Assembly (NCBI GenBank): GCA_000320545.1
Contig: ADNK01000741.1
Span: 42,914 to 106,913 of the forward strand
Direction of reading: 5' to 3'
Origin: Bigelowiella natans CCMP2755
Lineage: Eukaryota > Protista > Cercozoa
Length of the DNA stretch: 64,000 bases
Shown: in pieces, positions 1 to 14,109 of the stretch
Numbering within the stretch: position 1 is the stretch's first letter
Layout of the letters: every line of letters starts with the position of its first letter
Position numbers and translations under genes: made by a program
Notes under the pieces: generated by a model
Database searches by the model: none
What the model was told of the DNA's origin: nothing
Seen by the model: only the letters and a program-made list of their open reading frames with translations

Positions 1-1050
1 CAGGATGGATGCTTTGCGTCTTCGTCACTTGGCTGCCAGTTGTGATGCATTCAACATTTGGTTCGTGCCAATTTGCACGAACCCCACTGGTTTGCAGTCA
101 GTCCTCACTGAAGCCAGTTCGAGGCACTGCACTTCGCACGTTGCAGGTCTTGTCACACTTTGGAAGTGCAGTTTTTCATCATTTTTCATTGTTCATTGTT
201 CATTGTTCATTCCTGGAACAACGAACAACGAACGTGACGATGAACTGCATTCCAAAACGTGGACAGTCAAGGGTGCGACCAGAACAACCAACTGACCAAC
301 CTGGCAACCAACCAACGATTGCCTGTTCGTGCACTCAGCGCAGTCTGACAAAGTTCTGGCAGTCCTGGAGTCCAGCATCATCAAGCTCAAGTGAGCGAGT
401 GAACGATGAGCAATTTCAGTGCTGGAGTCAATGATGGAAAGGATCATCGGACGTGCCAATTTGGGTCGCAGGCACGCTGGCACGCCACCACACACGTTGG
501 GAGGGAACGCGCTTGCTGCCGGCAGTCGTCCGATTGTGATTGTCCTTCGACAGACAACTCTGGGTTGTTGCTCATGCTAGCATGCACGATGTGCATGTGA
601 CCTGGACGTGTGGGAAGCTGCTGGCTAGCTGCTAGGCTGGTTGCCGTTCGATGCCGCTTGTTTCAAATCGACACGTCTAGACGTGCAAGCTGGCGTGCGC
701 ACGTGTCAATGTCAATCGATCGAAACTGAGATGGCACTGCAGGAAAAGCCAACGCGCGCATGGAACCTTCATGCAGGTGACGCCCTTGCCACTCTGGTCA
801 CAAGTGCCAGAATCTAGAGAATGCTGCTCGGTGACAGTCGCCTTGTTGGTGCACTCGAAGCATAATGTGCATGCTAGCATGGCAACACTTGACAGTTTTG
901 TGCGTGCCAAGAATGTGCGATCAATTTGAAAGTAGAAGTCTAGGAGTGTGCATGCAGTGCGAAATGTGCCGTGAACATGCTAGCATGTCTGTGTGAGCAT
1001 GAGTCTTGTCGCCACGACATCTTCGAGTGCGTGTGTTTTCTAACAGACAC
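1..1050. other. TpA-depleted domain 1 (window edge to the 3' end of the first gene)
   Basis: No TA read in 1-577. Later TAs are mostly CTAG (578, ~625, ~632, ~678, ~814, ~875, ~941, ~981). TG, CA and CG are abundant. TA returns to normal after ~1050. Confidence 0.9.
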
Positions 1051-1172
1051 ACACGTACATGTCAGATGCCATCTCTATTTAGTGTTGCAGCTGTAAGCAT
1101 CATGTGCCACGCACTCAGATTCGATGTTGGGTGATGCCAATCAGTATAGATGCCTTTAGTAAGCATCGGTCA

Positions 1173-1614
1173 TCAGAGTTCCATCCCCTCTTGCTTCTGA
1201 TCATTCTGGATGTTCCTATTTCTATCTCCTTCACCTCCATCAATCGCAGATACACCTGTTATCTTCTCTTCTGCAGTAGCATCATCATCCTCACTATTTT
1301 TATCTATTACACTTGTGGAATTCATCGTTGGCGTGGTGCTTTGTGCCATCTCGCGGATATGAGATACCTAAAATCATTGGATAATAGTAGTACTTGTTTT
1401 AGAGGAGATAACTAATGATCTCAAAAGATAACATCCCATTCCTGTCCCAGTTTATACCGTAACAAATTCCTCAACACCAGATTCGTCAAAACGGACCTTG
1501 TAGCATTTTAAGACATAATACTCATCATTTAAATTCGGGAATGCTTTTCAATGTTTAAAATGGTGCCAAATTGCGGATACAGGCAAACACGCAAATACAC
1601 AACACAGACACGGA

Positions 1615-1646
<32 letters not shown>

Positions 1647-3642
1647 TACTTTGTATCGCCTTGGAAGTGATGTAGCTAATCCAGTCACTACTCCTGCCCG
1701 CCTTATATATTATAGATAGAAATGAACTCAGAAGATGAGAGGAACTCAACGAATAAAAAGGAGTGAGAATTGAAGATGTATCATATAAATTGGCACACCC
1801 ACCATTGGCGGTCTGCGGATGCAAAAGCCATGCCTAAGGGGAGGAGGAAGAAAAAGAGAATTGAATTTAAGCAAGACGGCAAGAGTAAAAAGCAAAAATA
1901 CGAAGTTTTTTTCCAAGATAAAATGAGCTTTTTCCCCATATACTAGACAAAGACAGGTTTGCTGGGGAGGAGGAAGCCGAGAAAAATGTAAGCAGATGAG
2001 AATGAGAAGGTGTTAGACGTACAAGGTGCTCCTGGTCCAAGGTTTGGTCCAACTTCGTGCTCTCTCTCCGCAATTGCAACAGCAGCGTCACCCGATACCT
2101 GCGTAGAAGAACGATACTGCTTTATAAGACATCCTGGTAATTGTCAGTCTGTGATTCACGTGATGGCTGTCGCTGGATGTGAAAAAAAGAACCCTTTTAA
2201 CTCTTGGCCTGCTCTATAGAATCTTGCTTCAAATAACCATCACTACTACGTATCAATTACCGTTTTCGCGAAAGTTGCCCTAGTACGCCTCCCACCCGTG
2301 TTTTTCCTATCAGATCGAGTCTGGTGATGATTGAATCAGCAATTATTGAAAGCGAGCGGCAGTATCATCATTCAATGTACCTTCATACGCTGAATTTGGC
2401 GTCTAAAGCTGTTGAATGTGCGGTTGGAAAGACGGAGATCTGACATGTCGCCTGCGCTGTTATACTTAGGAGAGGGCATGGTGATATGAAAAATTAGCTT
2501 TTTAGAGGTTGTTTAAATCCCAAAAAAGATATGTTTTCGATTCGAACATTTCACGATTATCTTCCATGCCACAAATGCGTGAAGGAAGGAGTGGCGTTCG
2601 AATGATGGTGGTTGATGTAATAGAGAGAACAGGTATTATTAACTTTTCTAAAGCATAAATGCGTTCATTATTTACTAGTGTTAGTGGATGTTGCAAACTC
2701 TTTTTTAAAAATATTACATCGTTCTCAAACTCAAGGTTCATGAGTTTCTCGGCGTTGCTCTCGCCACTCGCCTCTGCGTCGTGCTTCGTCACCATTTCGC
2801 GGACCTGCTGCTCTAGCAGCGTACCTCCTCCTACCGCCGATTTATCGTTGCTACTCGATGTGTGTGTAGGACGACGATATGAGGAACCAGAATCTTCCCA
2901 CTCAGCTTCATACTCCGCTAACCTCTCGCGCATTGCTCGTCTCTGCTCCCTTTAAAAAAAGATAGTTCACGTTTCGCAGAAACCAACAAACTATTCAAGG
3001 AAATACTGAATCATCAAGAAGAATCGGATAAATGACATTGAGAAGAAAAGTGATTAGCATGGTTTTTTTACCGGTGGTATCGAGCCAAATTTGCATCTTT
3101 CGAAACCGATATCTTAGAGAATGGGCGATGCAATTGCCGCGCCTATACAATCCAGATTATAGTGGGGAAAATGTAAAGGACTCAAAATTTATTCAAGGTT
3201 GATTCGTCGATGCTCACAATTCCTAGATAAAAAGATAGGACAAAAGCATACCTCTTCAAGAGACAGCTCGGTATTCTCCGTCGCTGCCAGCTGTAATGCA
3301 ATTGCGTGATCTTGGGCATCTTGCTCCTAGTACGGTAAAAAAATGTAATTTACTACATTAAACTGTAAATTAATACACTTATAATACCTACATTTGACAC
3401 ACACGCTAATCTGCTCATAGCAACCAACCTCAATTGATAGACGCTCCGAGTTGTTATTTTGAGTATCAGCTGAGGGAAAAGCCAGGAGGTATTCAACAAT
3501 CAAAATTGATTCGTATATGATAGCATTTGTTCTACAGCTATTTTCTTAGCGAATTTTTCCCAACAATATCACACGGTACACATATTAGCGGTCTCCTACA
3601 TGCACGCGCACAAACACAAATATTAAAATGTAATTACATATA

Positions 3643-3693
<51 letters not shown>

Positions 3694-4346
3694 ATGTTTA
3701 TATATAATTTAATATTTGTGTGTGTGTGCGTGTGTGTTTGTGTTTGTGTGCGTGTGTGTTTGTGTGCGTGTGTGTTTGTGTTTGTGTGTGTTTGTGTGTG
3801 CTGCTGAGTGGATTTATGTTACCATGATCTTCCTCATCATCATCCTGTACAGCCTCATCAGCCGGATTCGCCAAAAGCCACTCCAATGCGGATTCTGTCC
3901 TCCTGTTACTTTAGTCAATTCTAAGATTCAGATGGTCAGCTGTTCGCCGCACGATGAGGCTAGACAACTCCCACTTTCAAGCTATCAAGCTACCACGTGG
4001 ATTGATGAAATAACTTGTATAAAAATAACTCATATGCACTCACAGGCAGACGCAAATACCCAGTAGCCAAGGCTGCAGTATTAATTCGGGTCGATGAGAA
4101 GCCCATTGCCTTCAGTTCCTGCATAATGTGCGGGCTAGCAGTGGCTGGAGAAGTGTTCTTAGGATTTCCATCCCCACCTTTCTGTATCTCAGTGGCCAGC
4201 TGTACAATATAGCATGGTTACATGAGCTAAATAATCACTTAATCCAATGTGCTCAATAACACCTGCTCTGACATAATGTTGAGAAGACTGACATTTTGTT
4301 TTGGGGCGATTGCTCCCCACGCACGGCGGCCAGGACTCTTCGCCAT
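1173..4346 (-). CDS. Multi-exon protein with RIOK3-like N-terminal motifs, a UBA domain and a C-terminal Tudor domain; no kinase domain seen
   Basis: Spliced reading: MAKSPGRRAWGAIAPKQNVSLLNIMSEQ|LATEIQK; UBA HIMQELKAMGFSSTRINTAALAT...ALEWLLANP; MVTKHDAEASGESNAEKL; GDMSDLRLSNRTFNSF; Tudor GPGAPCMAFASADRQWRAGVVTG...YKVRFDESGVEEFVT. Stop TGA at 1173-1175; GT-AG introns. Confidence 0.75.
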
Positions 4347-4790
4347 TTTGTCACCCTAGGATACTGAAGAAATTCTTAAAGAATAATCTACCATTGATGT
4401 TAAACTTTTAAGGAAGGTGAACTCAAACCTTTGAGCTTTGTGAAGATGTGCTAAATAAGATCATCGTGGAGCAGAATTGTAATAAATATATCTCAAAAAG
4501 GATTTAAAAAAAAAGGTTTTCCACACACGTCTTTGTAAATAATAGTAGTATAATTATACGTACACGAAATCAATCTGTCAACAAATTATCCATTTAAAGC
4601 TGATTTTCTTTATTCGAAAGATCGTTCGAGGAACTCTCGTAGCTTCCCAGAAAATCCTGGAATTTTCCATATTTTGTGTTGTTGTTTTACCTGTAAATGA
4701 GATTGTTGTTGCATATGTTGTTTGATCTATTCATCATTGCATGCAAGGTATCCTGGCTATCATCTAGAGATCTATAACGAGAGAGAAAGA

Positions 4791-4897
4791 ACTTCGGTGA
4801 AAAAACATAGCTGGGAAGTCAGGGAAGCGAACAGAATAACTAAGAACTATAAGAAGAGAGAACGAAATCACTTCGGTGAAAAAACATAGCTGGGAAG
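4791..4897 (+). repeat. 28-bp direct repeat in the divergent promoter region
   Basis: ACTTCGGTGAAAAAACATAGCTGGGAAG at 4791-4818 and 4870-4897. Confidence 0.85.
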
Positions 4898-5114
4898 AAG
4901 TCACTCCAGGAGATCACCATCATCATCGTTAATCATTTGTTGGTAAAAAAACTAGCCTCTGATGTTCTAGTATGATAAATTTGATCTTGATGATGATAGT
5001 GATTACAGACTGTAGCTCGCTGAGGATCAATCGAGACTACAGACAACAAATGCTATAAATTTATACGACATATTTCGAAGGATTTCTACCTATTATTTTC
5101 CTCACAATTAAGAA

Positions 5115-6854
5115 ATGGTGCGCAGGCCTCTGGCCCCAGCCCTGCGCAGGCTTTCCAGCCGAAGGACACCGTCCGTACGAGCCGTACATCTTGCCTTCAC
5201 ACTCGTTGCTGTCGCTGCGATGGGGCTACTTTCAGACGGGCTGCCATCACGCCTGAACAATGCCATCCCGGGACGGAACACAAAAGCAGATGAGGTGATC
5301 ATTTAGGTTATTTCTTCTGATGTTATCTTTTTTTGAAAAAGAATTCGCTTCCCTCCTCCTCTCCTAGACCCACCCTACTCAATTTCCCCCTCTTTGCTGT
5401 CCATTAATTAAAGCAGCAACCGGCAGCATCATCACCAGCATCATCACCAGCATCATCACCATCACCATCATCCCATTGGGCGCTGTTTATTGGCTCTCTC
5501 TCAAAATCGGTTACGGAGAAAGACATGCGGGCGCTGTGTGAGCGCTACGGGAAAATCAAAAGTCTCTCCATCGTGGAGGGGCCGCCGAATAAGAATAATA
5601 TCGCATTCGTAAACTTTTACGACAAGGGGTACTAGCAAACGCAACAGCACAAAACACATTATGACATTGATCAATTCGTCACTGTTATGTGCTATGCACA
5701 CAGGGAAGCATGCGACGCTCAAATCGGTCTTGAGGGAGCGAGGTTTAGAGGAAGTTACCTACGCACGCGGGCTCCGAAATATTGCAATTGCCTCAAGCCA
5801 TCATTGTCATCTGATAGCAGCACAGCCAACACTACTACGAGGCCTGATTCTGCTGCTGCTGATAATGATGGCAGTGTTTCCAATAAGCATGATGCAAAGA
5901 GAGGGGGTCATGCTCTTAGTGCTGAAAGCATTCTGCGTGGTGTTAGCGGTGGAAACAACAGCTATGACGAGAAAATGCAGGCATCCAACTACCATGCGAT
6001 ATTGGAAGAAGAGGTAGGAAGAGTAATTATAAGACAGGGGAAAATGGGAATATATGGAGAGATTTGCATAGGATAAGTGTTATTACAAGACAGGGAAAAG
6101 TGGGAATATATGGAGAGATAAGCATATAATAAGTGTTGTCTGAAAGTTGTCACGAGGATGCACTACATAGCCTGTTTTCTTACACTCCTTCAGCGTAAAA
6201 AATGGCGACTGAAGATGCGGGAAGTGGAAATACGAGTTCAGAACGCAGAGCGGGCAAAAGATGAAGCACGGCTTGAGCTAGAGGCGCTCCATTTAAGGTA
6301 GTGGGGGTGGTGTCACATGCCCCGTCTTTCTTCTAATTATTGAATAAGGAAAGCAAAGAGATTAGGACACATGATGCGTGTACATAATAATATGTTGTGG
6401 ATAGAATGACCGACATAATGCCATAATGCGTGTACCTAACATTTTGTCGATAGTATGACCGACCCGCGCATAGGAGGCGGTGAAATCGAAGACGATGAGA
6501 TTCAAAATAGGTAGTCATTAAAGGATAAACGACGAAAAAAAGAATAAGGGGAACAAGAAGGGGGCTGCAGAAAGTAGAAGAAGAAAGATGAAAGTGCTGA
6601 GTGAATGATGAAGATGAAATTCTCCGTAGAATCACGAGTCTTCAATATCTTAACTGCTTTTATGGGGGTCCACACCCAGGGTTTACAGAAGGATGATGCG
6701 ACAATATTGATAGACATGCCTTGGGGAATAATAATAATAATAATAATAACAAGAAGAAGAAGAAGAAACAAAAAGATAGACAGATCTTTTTGCCATATAT
6801 AACTCAAGAATGAATTTCTGTGGTTTCTTAAATTGATACAGCTGTCTTTGTCTG

Positions 6855-6890
<36 letters not shown>

Positions 6891-7148
6891 TCACACTCAC
6901 ACTCACACACTCACACACTTACACACTAACACACAATTTAAAAATAGTTTGTTTTGTAACACTGGCAAATAGAGTCGGTCATTTGTACCGTGAGAAGGAG
7001 GAATTACGGGAGGCTGTACACCAGCTTGAGTTGGAACTGCATCGTGAAAGGGTAGTATGTATGTATGTATGTATGTATGTATGTAGAACAACGTATGTGC
7101 AAGCGAGGACAACACTATGACATATGGCATTCAAATGTTAATCATTAA

Positions 7149-7193
<45 letters not shown>

Positions 7194-7450
7194 TAGTGCG
7201 TTTTAGTACATGTTTTAAGCGTTTTTCTTCATTCATTGTAGGGCCGTGCGACTGAGCTCCGAAATGCTACTGCGGGTACTCACCAAAGAGAAGGAAGTGA
7301 CGTCATCGATGTCTTTATCTATGAAATAATTGCATATGTAGTTGATAGTGTTGCAGATGGAAAAGATGAATACATTATTTAAGAGCAGGAGTTTCTACCC
7401 CACTCGATCATTCTTTTCTAAGAAAGAAATTCGTGGACTATACGCGCATC

Positions 7451-7493
<43 letters not shown>

Positions 7494-7694
7494 TATTTAT
7501 ATTTATATTTATATTTATATTTATATATATAATTTAGTAATGGCAAGTTGTATATTATGAAGCAGCATGTATGCGCGTGGTTTTTGTTTGTGTGTTTGCA
7601 TGTTTGTAAATTTTGGTCTTTTGGGTGAATGTTATTAATTACATCATCATTTTCTATCATCTTCTTCATCATCATCGTCATCATCATCATTACT

Positions 7695-7729
<35 letters not shown>

Positions 7730-8647
7730 TATCATCACCATGTAAATATCAGATCAAAAAGTAGATACCGAGCTCCAATACCGTCGTACATGTCAGAGAT
7801 TGGAAAAGGTAGTTGCTGCATAAAGTAGTAGTCTTGTCTTCTTTCATATATGGAACTACCTGTTACGCACCTTACTACTTACATGTCCTCTTGGACTTTT
7901 TTCCAATAAAGATATTTCAGTGGTTTTTTATACTGATTTTAAAATAATCCTGTAGGCTGATGAAGAGCGCGATAAGGCGCTAATCGAGCTGAAAACAACT
8001 CAGACACGTAATGAATACTACATTCAATAAGTTGCTACCACTCTCTGCCACCCGTTGATTTATGCTTGAAACCTTTACTTACTACAGCTACTCCTAAACA
8101 GATAGACAACAACAAATAATCGAAATAAATAAACACTCAACTTTAATTAAATTTGATGGTGATGATGACGACAACGATAATAATGATGGCGGTGATAACT
8201 TAAATTGACATAAATTGAAACTATATGTACCGCGGGTTTATAGTGTAGCCGTTTAACAAATTTTTCGAATCACATGCACATGTTTAGGTGTTGCAGATCT
8301 TGAGGCAAATATTTTACGTCTCGAAGAAAAACGAAGGTTGGCTGAGGAAAGGGTAAATCGTGCTACTACTGTGTATAGTTATTGATAATAACGTGGTACA
8401 TACATGATGATTTTGTTGGTGCGCGCCGTGATCAAGAAAACCACCATGATGATTATAGATTACATTATCATCAACAACTGTTTGATCAACAATTTCAACA
8501 ATACAATGATAAACAACAAAAAACTGCAATTGTATTATAAATACGATGTCTACTTCCCATATTGTTTTAGGTAGTAGATATCAGGAAAAATCTGGGTGAT
8601 GAGGTGGTGAAAACAAAGGTTGGATGGTTTTTTTTAAGAATACATAT

Positions 8648-8689
<42 letters not shown>

Positions 8690-9429
8690 TATTCTATACA
8701 CTAGACACTAGACACTATACACATAGTGGATTATACTTGCAACCGCATATTATCCCGTGTACGTGTGTGGGGGTACATAAACAACTTTTTCGCTAGGAAA
8801 AGCTGAATGCTATGGTCTTGGAGAAAGAGAAAACTCTCACAAAACTCTCGAAATCCCTCGAGAAACTAAACGAGTCTAGGGATCATATAGCAAATCTTAC
8901 AAGATTTTCAGATAGGTAGTATCTCCACCCGTCGTTCTTTGAGCTGCTCTCTCCTCCAATATTCTAAACAATACCTACTATTATGGCCCCCCTTTGTCTT
9001 TTCGACGACATACATTTGCGTGGTGTTTCTGCTGTTTTACCCGATGGATGATGAGCGCAAATAGTAGTATATACAAGCAGTATTATCCACTAGGAGCATC
9101 GTCCTTCACACACAACGAACGAACGAAAGAAAGAACGATATATCCGGCCTATAACCGATCATCATCATCCTTTGTATTATGTCTGATATCATGATGATGT
9201 TTTACTGTGACGATAACGGATAATCGAATATAGTACTAGTATGTATACACACGCAGATAATGACGATATAATTAGAGTTGGTGAGGATTTGAGAGAGCTA
9301 CGGGGGAAGGAAGCACGGGCGTCTTCGCAACTGAAAGTAGAGGCTGTGGCGCACAGGGTTGTTGTTGTAGTAGTAGTAGACAGGGGTAAGATGGAAATAA
9401 TACCAATAGATAGCTACTCTATATTATAA

Positions 9430-9470
<41 letters not shown>

Positions 9471-9708
9471 AATACAGAGTAAGAAATATAAAGATATGCA
9501 GTAACAGTACCAACTTCTTCGTATTTATTATTCTTCGAGTAAATAATGATCCCATCGGGAGAATGCGACAAATGCATGATGATGATGATGATGATGATAA
9601 TCTTTTACAGTGCTGCAGCCGCTGCTGTGAGTACTTACAACGCAATTAATAATACCACTTGACCACTGCCAATCATAATGATATGAAGTGATGAGTGCTG
9701 GAGAGTGA

Positions 9709-9747
<39 letters not shown>

Positions 9748-9762
9748 AAATAAGGTCCATCG

Positions 9763-9796
<34 letters not shown>

Positions 9797-10240
9797 GATC
9801 ATCTTTTATCACTTCATGTGTACTGAGCTATTGTGTATATATCATCTCAAGACGGCGGCTGCAAGGTTGAAGAAAGAAATTCAGGATATACGCCGAAAAC
9901 TTCAGAATGAAGCGGCTAAATCGGAGGTGCTAAATAGATAGATATTCTAGCTTTCTTTCCCATGTGAATAAAGAATACTCCACAACAACATACATACACC
10001 CTCTTCTTCTTCCTTATGAATTCATGCGGTTATACTGTAGAAAGCAATGCAGGATGCGGACGGAGCGAAGTTAGCGGAAAAGTAAGCTGCTGTGAGATCA
10101 CTCACCATTGAATATTGTTTTAAAACAACGAATGCTGAAAATGATATTTGACAATTAACATACATCTATCTATCACTTAGAAAAGCAAAAGATGATTTGC
10201 AAACCCTCAAAAAGGATGTAAGTATAGTATATAGTATATA

Positions 10241-10286
<46 letters not shown>

Positions 10287-10789
10287 TGATGTGTATATAA
10301 TATTTGGAGTATTTACACTACATTTTTTATTTTATTAAGTGTATTTATTCTACATGTTTTCCCTAATTTATTGATGAATTATTAATGCCTAGTTTTTAAT
10401 ATTTTTAAATCTGTGTATTTGTTCGTAATCATGTTTGTCATAAATATTTTCTCTTTTTTTTTTTAAATTAAGATGGTAAAACTACGAGCCACGGCAAAAA
10501 AGGCAGAGGAGGCGCTCATTGAGATTCGCAAGGAATTTATGACTGTTCGGATACAGAAAATTGACATTTCAAAAGATGCTAACGAGTGAGTCATGAGAAG
10601 AAGAAAAGTGATATTTATTATATATTACTGTATGCATACCGGTCGGAAGTAGTAGCAGTGCCATAACAAAAATAGGCAATATGATCCTGCACACGTTGTA
10701 TGACTACGCATCCGCCAAGAATAATATGCACCTGGTTATGCATGAGTACATCATATCTCTCAAGCATTATATATCGTCCTTTTCTCTCG

Positions 10790-10823
<34 letters not shown>

Positions 10824-11848
10824 GGAAGCCGCCTTGTTTCTTAACCTCTTTGCGTTGGTGTTGATCTTTGGTTGTATTATCAGACGCAAAGTAGAGCTTG
10901 AGAAGGCACAGGAACTTATTAACTCTAAGATTGAGGAAACAGCTCATCTACACGCTCTTTGTGCGGTAAGGACGAAAGAGCGCGACGAATTGCTCCATGA
11001 GGTCCAAAATTCGAGAAATTTGACCCAGGAACTACGGAAGGCACTCGCCGCTGTGCATAAGGACATGAATCATTTGCAGACTCGTGAGATAGCAACGATC
11101 AAATCCAGGAAGGATGCTGAGCGGCGTGAGTATGATGCAAACGCCAGAGCCAACAAACTTGAGGTAGTGTGTGGTTACGGATTAATAGTACCAGGAGAAA
11201 CAGAAGAGAATAAGAAGTTGATTGAATAGGCACACTAACTGATAACCCTTGTCTCTCTTAATAACATTTATTTATGCACACACGTACGAGCATCCATTCT
11301 ATTAATTGGCCTCCTCCTTCTCCTCCCACTACTAACCAGCAAGAATTGAGGGATATCATGATAGAGCTTAATGTCATCTCAGGTGAGGTTGCCAACCTCA
11401 CCACCACCACCAGCAGCAGCAGCTTAAATGCAGGCAATGGCAAAAGTCACTACAAAATACAGCCATCAAGGACAGTACCTAGGACAACAATGATGACGAT
11501 GGAAACAGCAGGTAATGAGAAGAGGAGTCTTACAATAGGCAGTAGCTAGCTAGCTACGTCGTCCTCTCGAAGCCTGCTAATTTTGCAAATTATTGTGTGT
11601 GTTGGGAAGGCGAAGTATGTAAAAACAATAATCACGGAAAGGAGATAGAAGTTTACAATGAAGAGGGTTGAGACTCACCTCATCATCTCAGTTAGTGTAT
11701 TATTAGCGAAGACAATTACTAACCAGTTACTATCCACAATCACCATCATTATAACCAATACTCTTTTACAGGTGACGGGGAGGTTGAATTACCACCGCTT
11801 GTAACGGAGGGAGGGGCAACAAGATCTCCAACACAACCTCGGAAGTAG
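5115..11848 (+). CDS. Multi-exon protein: N-terminal hydrophobic signal/TM segment, one RRM, long coiled coil
   Basis: Exon 1 MVRRPLAP...VHLAFTLVAVAAMGLL. RRM ALFIGSLSKSVTEKDMRALCERYGKIKSLSIV...IAFVNFYD...EACDAQIGLEG. Many heptad-rich exons (e.g. RKVELEKAQELINSKIEETAHL). Stop TAG at 11846-11848. Introns are full of microsatellites. Confidence 0.7.
6020..6138 (+). repeat. Intronic tandem duplication, ~56-bp unit
   Basis: AAGACAGGG(G)AAAA-TGGGAATATATGGAGAGAT...ATAAGTGTT occurs twice. Confidence 0.75.
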
Positions 11849-11988
11849 TCCAACATTCTACACCCAAAGAATAATAGTCCAACAGATAAAAGTTGATGGT
11901 GATGATGATGATGATCATGTTCTTATTTTAAATACAACAATTGTCTTAGAATTTAGCTTCTTCAAAGAGTATACCAACCATTTGAATA

Positions 11989-12824
11989 ATGTTCAGAATG
12001 TGCTGCCCAAAAATCTCTTCATCTTCTTTATTTGATCATTCCTCCTTCTCCTCCTCCTCCTCCTCCTCCTCCTCCTCCTCCTCCTTTTGCATTCGACACG
12101 ATTCGAAAGTGCGTAGTAATGATGCTGTTTCACATGTAGTGCTTGTTCGTGAATACTGTGTGTATTTTCATTGTCATTCATTAGGTTTATGTATTCCGCC
12201 CCACCTCCCCTCCATCAACATCCTCATTACTATGACATGTACCACCTACATGCCCATCGCAACCAGCTGCCACTACAATCCCCCCCCAACAACAATCACC
12301 ATCATTGCAATCAGCATCAGCATAGTCGTCGTCTTTTGCATCATCATCAGCAGCGCTTCCTTCAAGATCAGAGGCGACCCCTTTCCCCCCCTCCCTCCTC
12401 TTCATCACCACCTCCTCCTTCCCTCCTTCGTAAACAACAATCCCAAGATCCTCATCATCACCATCAACTACCCCATCGACAGCAAAGAAGAACAAATCTC
12501 ATTCCACCCGCCGCAACTAACACCAACGGATATCATCAACATCATCACAACCAATATCAACATCAACACAATCAGCAAATCCAAGAGAATCATGATCCCT
12601 ATAATCATCATCATCATCATCATCATCAAGATCACTTCGACGATGGTCTACAGCACCATCCAAAACACAGCATGGATCCCCTCCCCATCCTGCCTAATCA
12701 TCATCATTACCATGCATTTTACACTAGCGCTCTTCAAGAAATACAGACGTCATCGCCCCCCCTTTTGAATAATAATAGGTAAAATGACCTACACGTTTTG
12801 AGACAGATCATCATTACATTCCGT

Positions 12825-12859
<35 letters not shown>

Positions 12860-12976
12860 CCGCTTACGCTATCTATCTCTCTATCTTGGCGGCGATCATT
12901 CATTGCCGATGCAAGTTCTATTCCTTCCACTAATACTCCCTCATTGCCTATCTGAACAATTTATTTTATCAACGCC

Positions 12977-13027
<51 letters not shown>

Positions 13028-14066
13028 TGTTACTCTTGTGTACTTTTCGTTTCAAATATTATCATCAAATCAGTGATCTAACACTAATCGTGACCTCATG
13101 ATCATCTTCATCAATAATTACAATATATGTGTTTATACCACCATCAGCAGCACGTCACGCATAGCATATACCCCTCTAATGGACTCTGAGGATGGTGAGA
13201 AAGAAGACACAAATTCATACAAACATTCCACATTCCACATTCTACATTCCACACAGTACGAACACACAAATATTCACACAATACGACACTCAACATTGCA
13301 TAATTTAGAGGGAGTCGAAGAATGGCATATGACAAATAAACGAGAAAGGGGAAGAGGAGGAGGAGGAGGAGGATTCGCTGCGATAATTGGAGGGGGTAGC
13401 AAAATAGAATGAAATTTTGTGAGTGACAAAAACCTCCTCTCAAGTAATAATAGACTAGATGCAGAAACCACGAGATTTAGATGCGAATTGAGCTTGTCGA
13501 TCTTTCCATGCTTGCAACTGAAATATAATCTGTATTAGGAGGGCGTTGATTGAACAACCATGGTTTCATTGACCCATGTCGTTGGATTCCCGTTTCTGTG
13601 TCACTTTCTCTCTCCCCTCTCACTAAGATGAAGATAGAGAGAACAGTAGTGTGCAGGGGTTTGAAATATACGCGCAGTCTCTAGTCACCAGCGTCACAAA
13701 TACAAACACACATAATTAAAAGGATCCTTCCCTCCTCCCGCGACTCAAATGTCGTCTCAATGGCAACTACCACAGCAACAGCGTCCTTATAACTCCGTGC
13801 GCTCTATCAATCGCTGCTGCTGCTGCTGCAGCTTCGATTTGGCAACGTAATCTGCCGCACAATCGCGTCATAGTCATTATGATAGTCATCATAGTCGCTC
13901 ATCTATACTTGTTACAGCAACTGGTGGTAATACATTTTCATCAATTGTTTCTTCTGCTGCGGCAAGTCGTGATGGCGAAATATCTTCTGCAGTTTCCTCC
14001 TCCGCCAATGGACACTATGAGACCGTACATATCTCAACACGCACAGCTAAATCAAAATTTCATTAG
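11989..14066 (+). CDS. Possible low-complexity His/Gln/Pro/Ser-rich protein, or an extended 3' region of the upstream gene
   Basis: An AG/GT-bounded open segment at 12185-12778 encodes a H/Q/P-rich peptide. A Ser-rich open frame ends in TAG at 14064-14066. No domain recognised and the exon chain is unresolved. Confidence 0.3.
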
Positions 14067-14109
14067 ATTCATATTAGACATTTGCACTTCTAAATTTTAG
14101 CAAATCTCT

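Noticed and set aside
6333-10947. ORFs with poly-Ile/Met/Val/His or YIYI/CVCV/THTH runs (also 3527-4066 and 59475-63685)
   Set aside because: Translations of intronic microsatellites.
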